Assembly (NCBI GenBank): GCA_016787125.1
Contig: JAEUVM010000194.1
Span: 1 to 53,216, forward strand
Direction: 5' to 3'
Source of the DNA: Chitinophagaceae bacterium
GTDB lineage: Bacteria > Bacteroidota > Bacteroidia > Chitinophagales > Chitinophagaceae
Length of the DNA stretch: 53,216 bases
Shown piece after piece: positions 18,159 through 26,736 of this stretch. The stretch's first letter is position 1; each line of letters begins with the position of its first letter. The notes beneath the pieces are model-generated. The model made no database searches, was not told the DNA's origin, and saw only the letters and a list, made by a program, of their open reading frames with translations. The translations under genes were made by a program, and so were the position numbers.

Positions 18159-19172
18159 ATGAGAAGGGATATCTACATACGTACTTTGTTCATTCCGCTG
18201 CTCGGAATTCTTCTTCCTGTTCTGTCGGGACTGATGTCTTATCATGAGCAGAATACAGCCTGGCTTATTGCCGCCCATTTCTTCTTTATCCTTACTTCAT
18301 TTACCATCTGGGCGGGTTGTCACTGGATACATAAACGGTTACGGCCTTTGTTTCCGGCAGAGAGTAATCCATTCCTTAAGATCATCACTATTTGTTCTGT
18401 TTCTTCACTGTACGGTGCAGCCACGGGAGGATTTGCTTTTATATTATGGGAAAAGCTTCGCAATACCGACTTCCCTGATGGCGCTCTAACCCGCTTTATT
18501 GCGCTTTGTGTGATAGCGGTGGTGGTATTCACCCTTATTTATGAAATATTGTACCTGAGTAAAGAGCGGGAAAAAGCCTCCCGGCTGATGAATGAAATGG
18601 GCCGGGAGCTTTCACATGCGGAACTGGCATTGCTGACCAACCAGCTTGATCCGCATTTCGTATTCAACTCGCTGAATGCGATGAACCACCTTATATTGAA
18701 CAACCCGATGCAGGCGCATTTGTTTAATAACAACCTGGCGCTGGTGTTCAAATACTTTCTGAAAAATAAAACAAGGGAGCTCATCCCCCTGCAGGATGAG
18801 ATCAGTTTTATCAACAGCTATTTCTTCCTGCTGGAAATACGGTATGAAAAAAAACTGCAACTCAATTTTTCTCTGGGTGAGAACGCTGCTTCCATCATGA
18901 TTCCTCCTTGTGCCTTGCAGATACTGGTTGAAAATGCCATCAAGCATAATGAGTTTACCAATGAACATCCTTTGCTCATCAACATTGCGATGAACGGGCA
19001 TTATCTGAAGGTGAGCAATAAAACAAGACCCAAACCCTATGCCGCTAACTCCACCAATATCGGGCTGAAGAACCTTAGTTCCCGTTTCAAACTGATTTGC
19101 CGCAAAGACATTATGATAGAAAAAACAAAAGAATCATTTACGGTAAAGCTTCCTATTATAAAATACCTGTAA
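18159..19172 (+). CDS. LytS/YehU-type sensor histidine kinase
   Basis: Four TM segments, NQLDPHFVFNSLN, LQILVENAIKHN, IGLKNL. Confidence 0.92.
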   Translation: MRRDIYIRTLFIPLLGILLPVLSGLMSYHEQNTAWLIAAHFFFILTSFTIWAGCHWIHKRLRPLFPAESNPFLKIITICSVSSLYGAATGGFAFILWEKLRNTDFPDGALTRFIALCVIAVVVFTLIYEILYLSKEREKASRLMNEMGRELSHAELALLTNQLDPHFVFNSLNAMNHLILNNPMQAHLFNNNLALVFKYFLKNKTRELIPLQDEISFINSYFFLLEIRYEKKLQLNFSLGENAASIMIPPCALQILVENAIKHNEFTNEHPLLINIAMNGHYLKVSNKTRPKPYAANSTNIGLKNLSSRFKLICRKDIMIEKTKESFTVKLPIIKYL

Positions 19173-19183
19173 ACCTTAAAGCC

Positions 19184-19945
19184 ATGACAAAAACCGTGAT
19201 CATTGAAGATGAAAAGCTCGCCGGCAGAGCGCTGGTGCAAAGCTTATCCCGCATCGCACCTGATGTGCAGGTAGATGCATTACTTGCCTCGGTGGCAGAA
19301 AGCATCGCTTATTTTTCCTCTTCACCCGAAGTGGATATTATTTTCAGCGATGTGCAGCTTGCCGACGGCCATTCTTTTGAAATATTCAAAGAGGTCAGCA
19401 TCAAAGCCCCGGTGGTGTTTACCACGGCCTATGATGAATTTATGCTTAATGCTTTTACCTGCAACGGTATTGATTATCTGCTGAAACCGGTAGATGAAAA
19501 GGAACTGGAAGAGGCGCTGGATAAATACCGCCGGCTGGAGAAACATTTCAACAGTCATACGGCGGCCATGCAAAGACTGGTGCAATACGGCAGCAGCAAA
19601 AAGAAGACCCGCCTGGTGGTAAAACGGGGATTGGAATATATTTCGCTGAAACTGGATGAGATCGTTTTGTTCTACACCGAAAACAAACTGGTTTTTGTTA
19701 CCGATATGAACGGCAAGAAATATGTGGCGGAAAACAACCTGAGCGACCTGGAAGAAATGCTTGACGGTGACCAGTTTTTCCGGGTAAACAGGCAATACAT
19801 TGTAAACATTGATTACATCCGCGGATATAAACCTTTTGAAAAAGTAAAGCTGCTGGTGGAGCTGAACAGGCCCGAGCTGAACCATCACATTGTGATCAGC
19901 CAGGAAAACTCTCAACTGTTTCGCAAGTGGATGTATAATGCCTGA
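19184..19945 (+). CDS. LytTR family response regulator
   Basis: VIIEDE, IFSDVQLADG, FTTAYDEF, DYLLKPV, FFRVNRQYIVN; start 19184 preferred. Confidence 0.94.
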   Translation: MTKTVIIEDEKLAGRALVQSLSRIAPDVQVDALLASVAESIAYFSSSPEVDIIFSDVQLADGHSFEIFKEVSIKAPVVFTTAYDEFMLNAFTCNGIDYLLKPVDEKELEEALDKYRRLEKHFNSHTAAMQRLVQYGSSKKKTRLVVKRGLEYISLKLDEIVLFYTENKLVFVTDMNGKKYVAENNLSDLEEMLDGDQFFRVNRQYIVNIDYIRGYKPFEKVKLLVELNRPELNHHIVISQENSQLFRKWMYNA

Positions 19946-21160
19946 TCAGTGTAAATAATAGCCAAGGCTGAAGGTAAGCGGCACTTTCACGCCGTCATTG
20001 TTGGGATAAATATTACCATTGGAAAAATGGGCAATGCGGATACCGGCATTCAGGTTCTTTTGTTTGCCCGCCACAATTCCTGCGCCCATAAAATCCTGGA
20101 AGGTGAATTTGCGCCCGGTGTTCTTTCCATCGAGTAATGTTTTGGAAATAAAGGTTGGTCCCGCCACGGAATACTCAAAGAAAAGATCGCAGGTTTTAGA
20201 ACGCAGGGCTGTAAACTTAAGTACGGGGTACAGTGATAATGTATAAAAGGCATCACCGTTTTGGCGGGTCTTCCACCAGCCGGCGGTGGCGCCCCAATCG
20301 AATGCAAATACTTTGCTGGTATGAAAAATGTTTCGCTGGTAGTTGATAGAAACACCCTGCCGCAGGTGTGCCTCTCCACCCCAGAAAATGGGCACCGGTC
20401 CTTTTGATACGGCATTATTTACCCCATAGCCCAATGCATTGGTGGTATAACTTACCTGCAACAGTTGCCGTGGAAAATGATAGCCGCTTTTTCGAACACT
20501 TTCTGTTTTCTCTTTTGAAAGAGGCCGCATGTAGTAATTAAATCCTGCTGAGATGAAAAGGCTGGATGGTTGTCTTTCTTTTTTTACTTCAGGTGACCAA
20601 ACAGCACCGGCATGTAAATCCCATTTATCACGCAGCTGGTATTTTATTCCCGCACCGGTAAGCCATTGGGTCATCACGGCATTGGTGACAACAGGTATGC
20701 CATTTACTTCAAATCCTTTTCTTGTAATAATAGCAAAACCTGCCTCGCCAGTGAAGGAAAGTTTTTTATTTACAGGCAATGCGCCGGTTACTGTCATCCC
20801 CGCCACATTCATCCATACGGAATGCGGTTTCTGATCGCCGTTTACATTGTGGTATTTCACCCAGTCCACCGGACGCATATAGGTTATTTGTGCGGAGAGA
20901 TATTTATTAAACTGCCGGCCGTACAGCACCAGCCTTACTGCCACCGGTGGTATCGTTATCTTTTCCACGGTATTGCCCGGCTGCATGGTAGCCGTTGAAA
21001 AAGGGTAGTGGATATAGCCAATGTTTACGCCATAATAAGAGTTGGCCAATGAAGCAGGATATTGAATGCGTTTATCGCCCGGCTGCGCCGAAATAAGTTT
21101 ACCCAAAAAAATAAAAGCCGTGAAGAGCCCGGCTGCGATATAGTTACTTTTTCTGTTCAA
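19946..21160 (-). CDS. Acyloxyacyl hydrolase / PagL-like lipid A deacylase with an additional N-terminal beta-barrel region
   Basis: C-terminal FTFQDFMGAG...RIAHFSNGNIYPNNDG (PagL HxSN motif); signal peptide; TTG start. Confidence 0.75.
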   Translation of the reverse strand: MNRKSNYIAAGLFTAFIFLGKLISAQPGDKRIQYPASLANSYYGVNIGYIHYPFSTATMQPGNTVEKITIPPVAVRLVLYGRQFNKYLSAQITYMRPVDWVKYHNVNGDQKPHSVWMNVAGMTVTGALPVNKKLSFTGEAGFAIITRKGFEVNGIPVVTNAVMTQWLTGAGIKYQLRDKWDLHAGAVWSPEVKKERQPSSLFISAGFNYYMRPLSKEKTESVRKSGYHFPRQLLQVSYTTNALGYGVNNAVSKGPVPIFWGGEAHLRQGVSINYQRNIFHTSKVFAFDWGATAGWWKTRQNGDAFYTLSLYPVLKFTALRSKTCDLFFEYSVAGPTFISKTLLDGKNTGRKFTFQDFMGAGIVAGKQKNLNAGIRIAHFSNGNIYPNNDGVKVPLTFSLGYYLH

Positions 21161-21167
21161 TGTTGTT

Positions 21168-22268
21168 TTACATTATCGTTTCGATCACATCCAGTTTATT
21201 GTTCAGTACAACCAGGCTGGCATTTGCTCCGGGTTCTATTTTACCCATATCATTTGCCCCGATCAGCCTGGCAGGGTAAAGACTGCACATCCGCAATGCT
21301 TCGGCGGTTTCGATTCCTGCATGATGGACCAGGTTTTGCAACGCTTTATTCATGGTAAGTGAAGAGCCGCTTAAAATTCCGTCTGCTTCGTATTTGTCAC
21401 CGGCGGGCTGGTGTTTGTAATATCCTTCACCGGTTGTGGTTACCGCATCGGTGATAGCAAAGAGCCGTTCCTTCATTACTTTTTTGGCAATACGTACCGC
21501 CGCATAGTCCACATGGTGGCCATCGGGAATAATGCTGGCCATGATCCTTTCATCATCCATGGCTGCGCCGGCCAATCCGGGGTTGCGGTGCTGCAACGGG
21601 CTCATCGCATTGAACAAATGGGTAACGGCGTTAATGCCCGCATCAAAACCTTTTTTTGCTTCTTCGTAAGTGGCATTACTATGCCCCGCGGAGATAATGA
21701 TGCCATATGATAATATGAGATCTGTTACTTCCCGGCTGCATACCTCCGGCGCCAGGGTAATCATTTTGATAACGTCTTTACCATACTCCAGCAATTCCTT
21801 TACTTCACCCGGTTGCGGTGAGTGGATCAATGCTTCCACATGGGCGCCTCTCTTCACCGGGTTGATCCAAGGGCCTTCCAGGTGCAGTCCATATACACCT
21901 GTACCACCTTGCTGCCAGTACTCTCTTACCGCATCTATTCCTTTTTTGAAAACAGGGAGTTCATTGGTGGCCAGTGTAGTCAAACAAAATGCTGCTCCGC
22001 CGCTGCGGCAGTAGTCTGCCAGTTTGCTTAATGAATCCGGTTCCGGGTAAACGGCAAACAGGCGACCGGCGGCGCCGTAAATCTGCAGGTCAATAAAAGC
22101 GGGTGCAATGACAGCCTCATCATACTGAATAAGGTTGGGCCTGTCGGCCACCGCATCGTATGGTAATACCTGTTTTATCCTTCCTTCTTCACAAACGATA
22201 GCATGTGCGGTAAGCCATTCCGTTCCGGTAAAGATCGCAGGTGATGTATAGATTATTTCTTCCGGCAT
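21168..22268 (-). CDS. nagA: N-acetylglucosamine-6-phosphate deacetylase
   Basis: PAFIDLQIYG, GLHLEGPWI, RGAH, ITLAPE, AGHSNA, THLFNAMS, DGHHV, ITDA. Confidence 0.93.
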   Translation of the reverse strand: MPEEIIYTSPAIFTGTEWLTAHAIVCEEGRIKQVLPYDAVADRPNLIQYDEAVIAPAFIDLQIYGAAGRLFAVYPEPDSLSKLADYCRSGGAAFCLTTLATNELPVFKKGIDAVREYWQQGGTGVYGLHLEGPWINPVKRGAHVEALIHSPQPGEVKELLEYGKDVIKMITLAPEVCSREVTDLILSYGIIISAGHSNATYEEAKKGFDAGINAVTHLFNAMSPLQHRNPGLAGAAMDDERIMASIIPDGHHVDYAAVRIAKKVMKERLFAITDAVTTTGEGYYKHQPAGDKYEADGILSGSSLTMNKALQNLVHHAGIETAEALRMCSLYPARLIGANDMGKIEPGANASLVVLNNKLDVIETIM

Positions 22269-22309
22269 AAGACCGGTAAAAATACAAAGGGAAATGAAGG
22301 CGGTGAATT

Positions 22310-23014
22310 TTATCCTGCCACAAAGCGGTAGCCCACTCCTTTGATCGTGATGATCTCCAGCGAGGGGTCTTCTTTTATATAACTGCGCAGTTTGGTGATA
22401 TATACATCCAGGTTGCGGCTGTTGAAGAAAGAGTCGTTGCCCCAGAGCAGGTTCAGGATGTCTTTGCGGTCAATTATCTTGTCGCGGTTTTCATACAGCA
22501 GCTTGAGCAGTTCACTTTCACGAAAGGAAAGTTTACGTTCCTCTTTCCCGTTTACCAGCAACTGCCTGTTTAACTGAAAACTGTATTTGCCAATGGTAAA
22601 GGAACCTCCTGTAATGCGGGTGGCAGCGGGTTTGTTGCGCAACAGGTTTTGTATCCGTACGATCAGCTCCTCCATGCTGAAAGGTTTGCGGATATAATCA
22701 TTACCACCAAGTGAAAATCCTTTTACCACATCTTCTGTTTGTGTTTTGGCAGTAAGAAAGATGATCGGTATTTCTTCATCCAGTTCCCGTATTTCATCGG
22801 CGATGGCAAAGCCGTCTTTATTGGGCAGCATGATGTCGAGCACACAGATATCGGGTTTGGTTGAAGGATCTGTGCAGAGTTTCTTAAATAAACCCGTTAC
22901 TTTCCCGCCATCTTCTTCCATGATCACTTCAAAGCCGCGGCTCTCCAGGCTTTCCCGTACGATCTTGCCGAGAAACAGTTCATCTTCTGCATATAATATC
23001 CTCGTAGGCTTCAT
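22310..23014 (-). CDS. OmpR/PhoB family response regulator
   Basis: YAEDE, VLDIMLPNKDG, FLTAK, DYIRKPF, SRNLDVYITKLR, IKGVGYRF. Confidence 0.95.
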   Translation of the reverse strand: MKPTRILYAEDELFLGKIVRESLESRGFEVIMEEDGGKVTGLFKKLCTDPSTKPDICVLDIMLPNKDGFAIADEIRELDEEIPIIFLTAKTQTEDVVKGFSLGGNDYIRKPFSMEELIVRIQNLLRNKPAATRITGGSFTIGKYSFQLNRQLLVNGKEERKLSFRESELLKLLYENRDKIIDRKDILNLLWGNDSFFNSRNLDVYITKLRSYIKEDPSLEIITIKGVGYRFVAG

Positions 23015-23021
23015 GATGGTG

Positions 23022-24515
23022 TCAGGCGCCGGTGGTTGGCTGGTTTTTGGGTAAGGTAATGGTGAAGGTGGTTCCTTTGCCGGGTTCGCTTTCCACCTCT
23101 ATAGTGCCGTTGTGTTTTTTCACCACCTGGTGTACATAGCTGAGACCGAGGCCGTACCCTTTTGCATCATGGGTATCGCCGTGCGGCACCCGGAAGAATT
23201 TATCAAATATCTTATCCTTGTATTCAGGGGCTATGCCGATTCCATTGTCGGCAATGCGAAATATCACTTCATTGTTTCCTCCCTGAATGTTCACCTGTAT
23301 CGCCGGTTTGTCTTTGCTGTACTTCAGGGCATTATCAGCCAGGTTAAACACCAGGCTTACCAGGTGCAGCTTATCGGCGGTGAGGCCGGTATCACCGGTG
23401 CTGGTTATATTCATCGTAGCCTTATGTTTTTCCAATTGCAGCTTTAATGATGCTGCCACTTCCTGTACGATCTCTGTTAAATTCACCGGCTCCGGTTTCA
23501 TCTCCACTTCTTTTTTCTCAAACATGGAAAGCTTGAGCACTTTATCCACCAGCAGGTTCAGCCGTTGCAGTTCATTGGCTGATATGTCGAGGTATTCTTT
23601 GGTGCGGGTGGTATCCTGCATGGCGTTGAAGTTCTTCAGCGCTTCGATGGCTACGCCTACGGTGGCAATGGGTGTTTTGAGTTCGTGAGTGATATTGCTG
23701 ATAAATTCGTTCTTCAATGCTGCCAGTCTCTTTTGCTTCACCAGGTTTCGGTATAATAATACGAATGACAGAATGGTGATGCCCAGCAGCAGGATGGAAA
23801 GCAGGATTGGCTGGAGTATCTGCCGCAGCAGGTATGATGTGGTGTTGCCGAGCTGCAATTTATACGTTACCGGGTTTGCCAGTCCCACCGTTACTTCATT
23901 GGTTACAGGCCCTTCTCTTTCCTGTACGCTATCGCTTCGTGAGATGGAAAAGGGTACATCTATATGTTCCTTTCTCAATGCGGCATTATAGGCGGAATCT
24001 ATTTCCATGAGCCGGAGTGAATCCTGCAATGAATCCACCCCGTACAGCAGGCTGATCATATAATTGCCTCTTTCGCCTGGTGGTGGCATCATTCGCTGAA
24101 TATGAAGTGAATCGCCGCTGACAAACTCTTCCTGCTTGCCTGTCATGATCACCATGCCCTTTCCACCTTTGGTAATTGTTTTGAGCGAGTCTTTTAATTT
24201 ACTTCTGATAACATTGATCGTGGATACAATTTCCTGCCTTGGCCCTGTGCGGATGATGTTTTGGTGGAAGGAATCGCTTTTTACCGTTATCCTTACTTTA
24301 CCTTTGGTACTGTCTGTTTGCTCCCATTCCATATCACTCAGCTTCAGTTTGGCGGCTTGCAGCCGGAAGACAGATTCCTTGAAGCTGATATCCGTTTTTA
24401 CCAACAGGCTTCTTTTTTCCCGCTGGTAATTTTGCCGCAGCCAGTATAGCTGGAAGGCGGTGATACCGAGTATCGCCACCACCATCAATGAAGCCAGCCA
24501 GCGGAGTTTATTCAT
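23022..24515 (-). CDS. Sensor histidine kinase (HisKA + HATPase) with periplasmic domain
   Basis: Two TMs, FISNITHELKTPI, NLADNALKY, DNGIGI, GYGLGLSYV, GTTFTITLP. Confidence 0.95.
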   Translation of the reverse strand: MNKLRWLASLMVVAILGITAFQLYWLRQNYQREKRSLLVKTDISFKESVFRLQAAKLKLSDMEWEQTDSTKGKVRITVKSDSFHQNIIRTGPRQEIVSTINVIRSKLKDSLKTITKGGKGMVIMTGKQEEFVSGDSLHIQRMMPPPGERGNYMISLLYGVDSLQDSLRLMEIDSAYNAALRKEHIDVPFSISRSDSVQEREGPVTNEVTVGLANPVTYKLQLGNTTSYLLRQILQPILLSILLLGITILSFVLLYRNLVKQKRLAALKNEFISNITHELKTPIATVGVAIEALKNFNAMQDTTRTKEYLDISANELQRLNLLVDKVLKLSMFEKKEVEMKPEPVNLTEIVQEVAASLKLQLEKHKATMNITSTGDTGLTADKLHLVSLVFNLADNALKYSKDKPAIQVNIQGGNNEVIFRIADNGIGIAPEYKDKIFDKFFRVPHGDTHDAKGYGLGLSYVHQVVKKHNGTIEVESEPGKGTTFTITLPKNQPTTGA

Positions 24516-24568
24516 GGTATTCGTTTGCCTGACAAATGTAAACCATTGCCCTCAGCCGTTTCCCTGCA

Positions 24569-24604
24569 TTAACCTTTATTAACCTAATTGAAAGGTGGGT
24601 TAAC
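24569..24604 (+). promoter_or_regulatory. Putative OmpR-type operator TTAAC-N5-TTAAC-N16-TTAAC between the divergent HK and GLPGLI genes
   Basis: TTAAC at 24569, 24579 and 24600; -7 box TACATTTG at 24627-24634 (+) and 24540-24533 (-). Confidence 0.7.
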
Positions 24605-24651
24605 TTATCTTGCAAACCCTTGCTTTTACATTTGATGATAAATTTAAACTC

Positions 24652-25452
24652 ATGAAGAAAATTGTATTTGCCGGTTCATTTATTTTCAGCAGCATACTGG
24701 CTGTGGCACAGCAAACCCAGGGAAAAGTAACTTACCAACGGGTAACCAACCTGGAAGCCCGGTTCAATATCAATGGTGTGGAACAGGTGGTGCCCCAAAC
24801 CCGTAAAGAGAATTTTGAATTACATTTTGCCAATAACCAGTCCTTATGGAAAGCAACAGAGCAGGAGCAGGAAGATGAAGGGCCGGGAGGCGATCATGGC
24901 GGTGTGCAGATCAGGATGGTGGTGGCAGGGGCCAACGATGTGATGTTCTGCAATTTTGACAATAAAACAAAAGTGGAGAAACGGGAATTGTTTGATAAAA
25001 CGTTTATCGTGGATGACAGCATCCGTCCGCTAAAATGGAAAATGACCGGTGAAACAAAGACCATCCTGAACCATAAATGCATGAAGGCGACTGCCACCAA
25101 TATCCGCCAGGTAACCCGTATGACGATGGACGATGGCAAGATGGAGCGCAAGGAAGTAAGCGATACGTCTAATATTACCGTTTGGTTTACTTCGGAAGTT
25201 CCGGTAATGGCGGGTCCCGGTGAATTCCAGGGGCAACTGCCGGGCCTCATCCTCGAGGTGGATGTAAACAACGGTAAGCAAACGTACCAGGCCGTTGAAC
25301 TGACCGAAAAGGCTGACCTGTCTGAGATCAAAGAACCAAGCGGCAAAAAACATCTTACACCTGAAGAGTTTAAAAAAGAAAGAGAAAAGCTGATGAAGGA
25401 AATGGAAGAGAATATGCCCGGCGGTGGCGGTCGCCGTATCCGGATGAACTGA
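24652..25452 (+). CDS. GLPGLI family protein (exported)
   Basis: Signal peptide; WKMTGETKTILNHKCMKAT, VWFTSEVPVMAGPGEFQGQLPGLILEV; start 24652 preferred. Confidence 0.92.
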   Translation: MKKIVFAGSFIFSSILAVAQQTQGKVTYQRVTNLEARFNINGVEQVVPQTRKENFELHFANNQSLWKATEQEQEDEGPGGDHGGVQIRMVVAGANDVMFCNFDNKTKVEKRELFDKTFIVDDSIRPLKWKMTGETKTILNHKCMKATATNIRQVTRMTMDDGKMERKEVSDTSNITVWFTSEVPVMAGPGEFQGQLPGLILEVDVNNGKQTYQAVELTEKADLSEIKEPSGKKHLTPEEFKKEREKLMKEMEENMPGGGGRRIRMN

Positions 25453-25470
25453 TAAAATCTGCATAACAAT

Positions 25471-25500
25471 AAAAGCCTTTCTGAAAAGAAGGGCTTTTTT
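25471..25500 (+). terminator. Intrinsic terminator after GLPGLI
   Basis: AAAAGCCTTTCT-gaaa-AGAAGGGCTTTT followed by Ts. Confidence 0.75.
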
Positions 25501-25536
25501 ATTACCTGTACAAGGGGCAAGTTTTATCTTTAGTGC

Positions 25537-26316
25537 ATGCTGATGCAACAGGAATTTGCCACCCGTGCCGTTCGCATCGTTGAAAAAGACGATAATGTAA
25601 CCGGGCTGGCGGTGGCCGGATCATGGATCACGGATGAACTGGATGAATATTCAGACCTGGATCTTGTGCTTGTTACCGAAGAAAAGATTGCCGGCAGTAA
25701 AACAAAAATGCTTGCTTTTGCCCGAAAGCTCGGCGAGCTGATTTCCGGTTTCACCGGCGAGCATGTGGGTGAACCGCGGTTGCTGATCTGCCTGTATGAT
25801 AATCCGTTGCTGCATGTGGATATTAAATTCCTTACGTTACAAGAGTTTAAAGAAAGGGTGGAAAACCCGGTGGTGCTGTTTGAACGAAACGGTTCTCTTT
25901 CCAACATTATTAGCACTACAAAACCTGAGTGGCCGAGGGTGGATTTTCAATGGATCGAAGACCGCTTCTGGACTTGGATACATTATCTCGCCACCAAAGT
26001 GGCCCGTGGTGAATTGTTTGAATGTATTGACGGGCTATGCTTCCTCCGTGCCAGGGTGCTTACCCCGCTGATGCAGGTAAAAGCAAAGAAATTGCCACGG
26101 GGCGTTCGCAAGGCAGAAATGCAGCTCAACCTGCCCGACCTGGAAAATCTGAAGATCACCCTGCCGCAATATGATAAGGAATCGGTCGTTAAAGCTATTG
26201 ATAATACGATCAGTATCTACCGCTCCTTACGCCGTAAACTTTACCCCGATAATATTGAACTGCAAACCCTGGCCGAAAAAAGAAGTATTGAGTTTTTTAA
26301 GAAAATAAAATCATAG
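25537..26316 (+). CDS. Pol-beta superfamily nucleotidyltransferase (aminoglycoside/lincosamide adenylyltransferase-like)
   Basis: LAVAGSWITDELDEYSDLDL (GS...DxD), third Asp in HVDIKF, helical C-domain RFWTWIHY...RGELFE. Confidence 0.8.
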   Translation: MLMQQEFATRAVRIVEKDDNVTGLAVAGSWITDELDEYSDLDLVLVTEEKIAGSKTKMLAFARKLGELISGFTGEHVGEPRLLICLYDNPLLHVDIKFLTLQEFKERVENPVVLFERNGSLSNIISTTKPEWPRVDFQWIEDRFWTWIHYLATKVARGELFECIDGLCFLRARVLTPLMQVKAKKLPRGVRKAEMQLNLPDLENLKITLPQYDKESVVKAIDNTISIYRSLRRKLYPDNIELQTLAEKRSIEFFKKIKS

Positions 26317-26323
26317 CCTTATT

Positions 26324-26722
26324 ATGAAAAAGATCTTTATCACCACCCTTGCCTTTTGCTTCTCCGCTGTTCTTTATGCACAGGAAAAAACGGCTGCCGA
26401 AAAACTGGCGCAGGAACAATTGGATGCGTATAACAACCGGGATATAGAGGCGTTCTTAAAACCCTATTCCGATTCAGTACAAGTGTATTTTTTCCCTAAC
26501 CAGTTTTTATACAAAGGAAAGGAGACCATGCGGAAGGAATATGCCGGTATGTTTGCTAATACACCTGATCTGCATTGCAACCTGAAAAGCCGTGTTGTTG
26601 TCGGCAACCGGGTGATCGATGAGGAGTCGGTGGTGTTTGATAAAAACAAACCGGCTTTCCATGCAGTTGCTATTTATACTGTTGCCAACGGGAAGATTAC
26701 GGCTGTTCATTTTATACAATAA
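26324..26722 (+). CDS. Exported NTF2/SnoaL-like protein
   Basis: Signal peptide; QEQLDAYNNRDIEAFL, GNRVIDEE, AIYTVANGKITAVHF. Confidence 0.88.
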   Translation: MKKIFITTLAFCFSAVLYAQEKTAAEKLAQEQLDAYNNRDIEAFLKPYSDSVQVYFFPNQFLYKGKETMRKEYAGMFANTPDLHCNLKSRVVVGNRVIDEESVVFDKNKPAFHAVAIYTVANGKITAVHFIQ

Positions 26723-26736
26723 ACTCCGCTTTTTTC

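Noticed and set aside
24894-25548. Long antisense ORFs (208 and 172 aa) over GLPGLI, and similar shadows over mqnC, usp, SNF2 and rho
   Set aside because: They lie entirely opposite well-supported genes and have no recognisable domains; typical antisense shadows.
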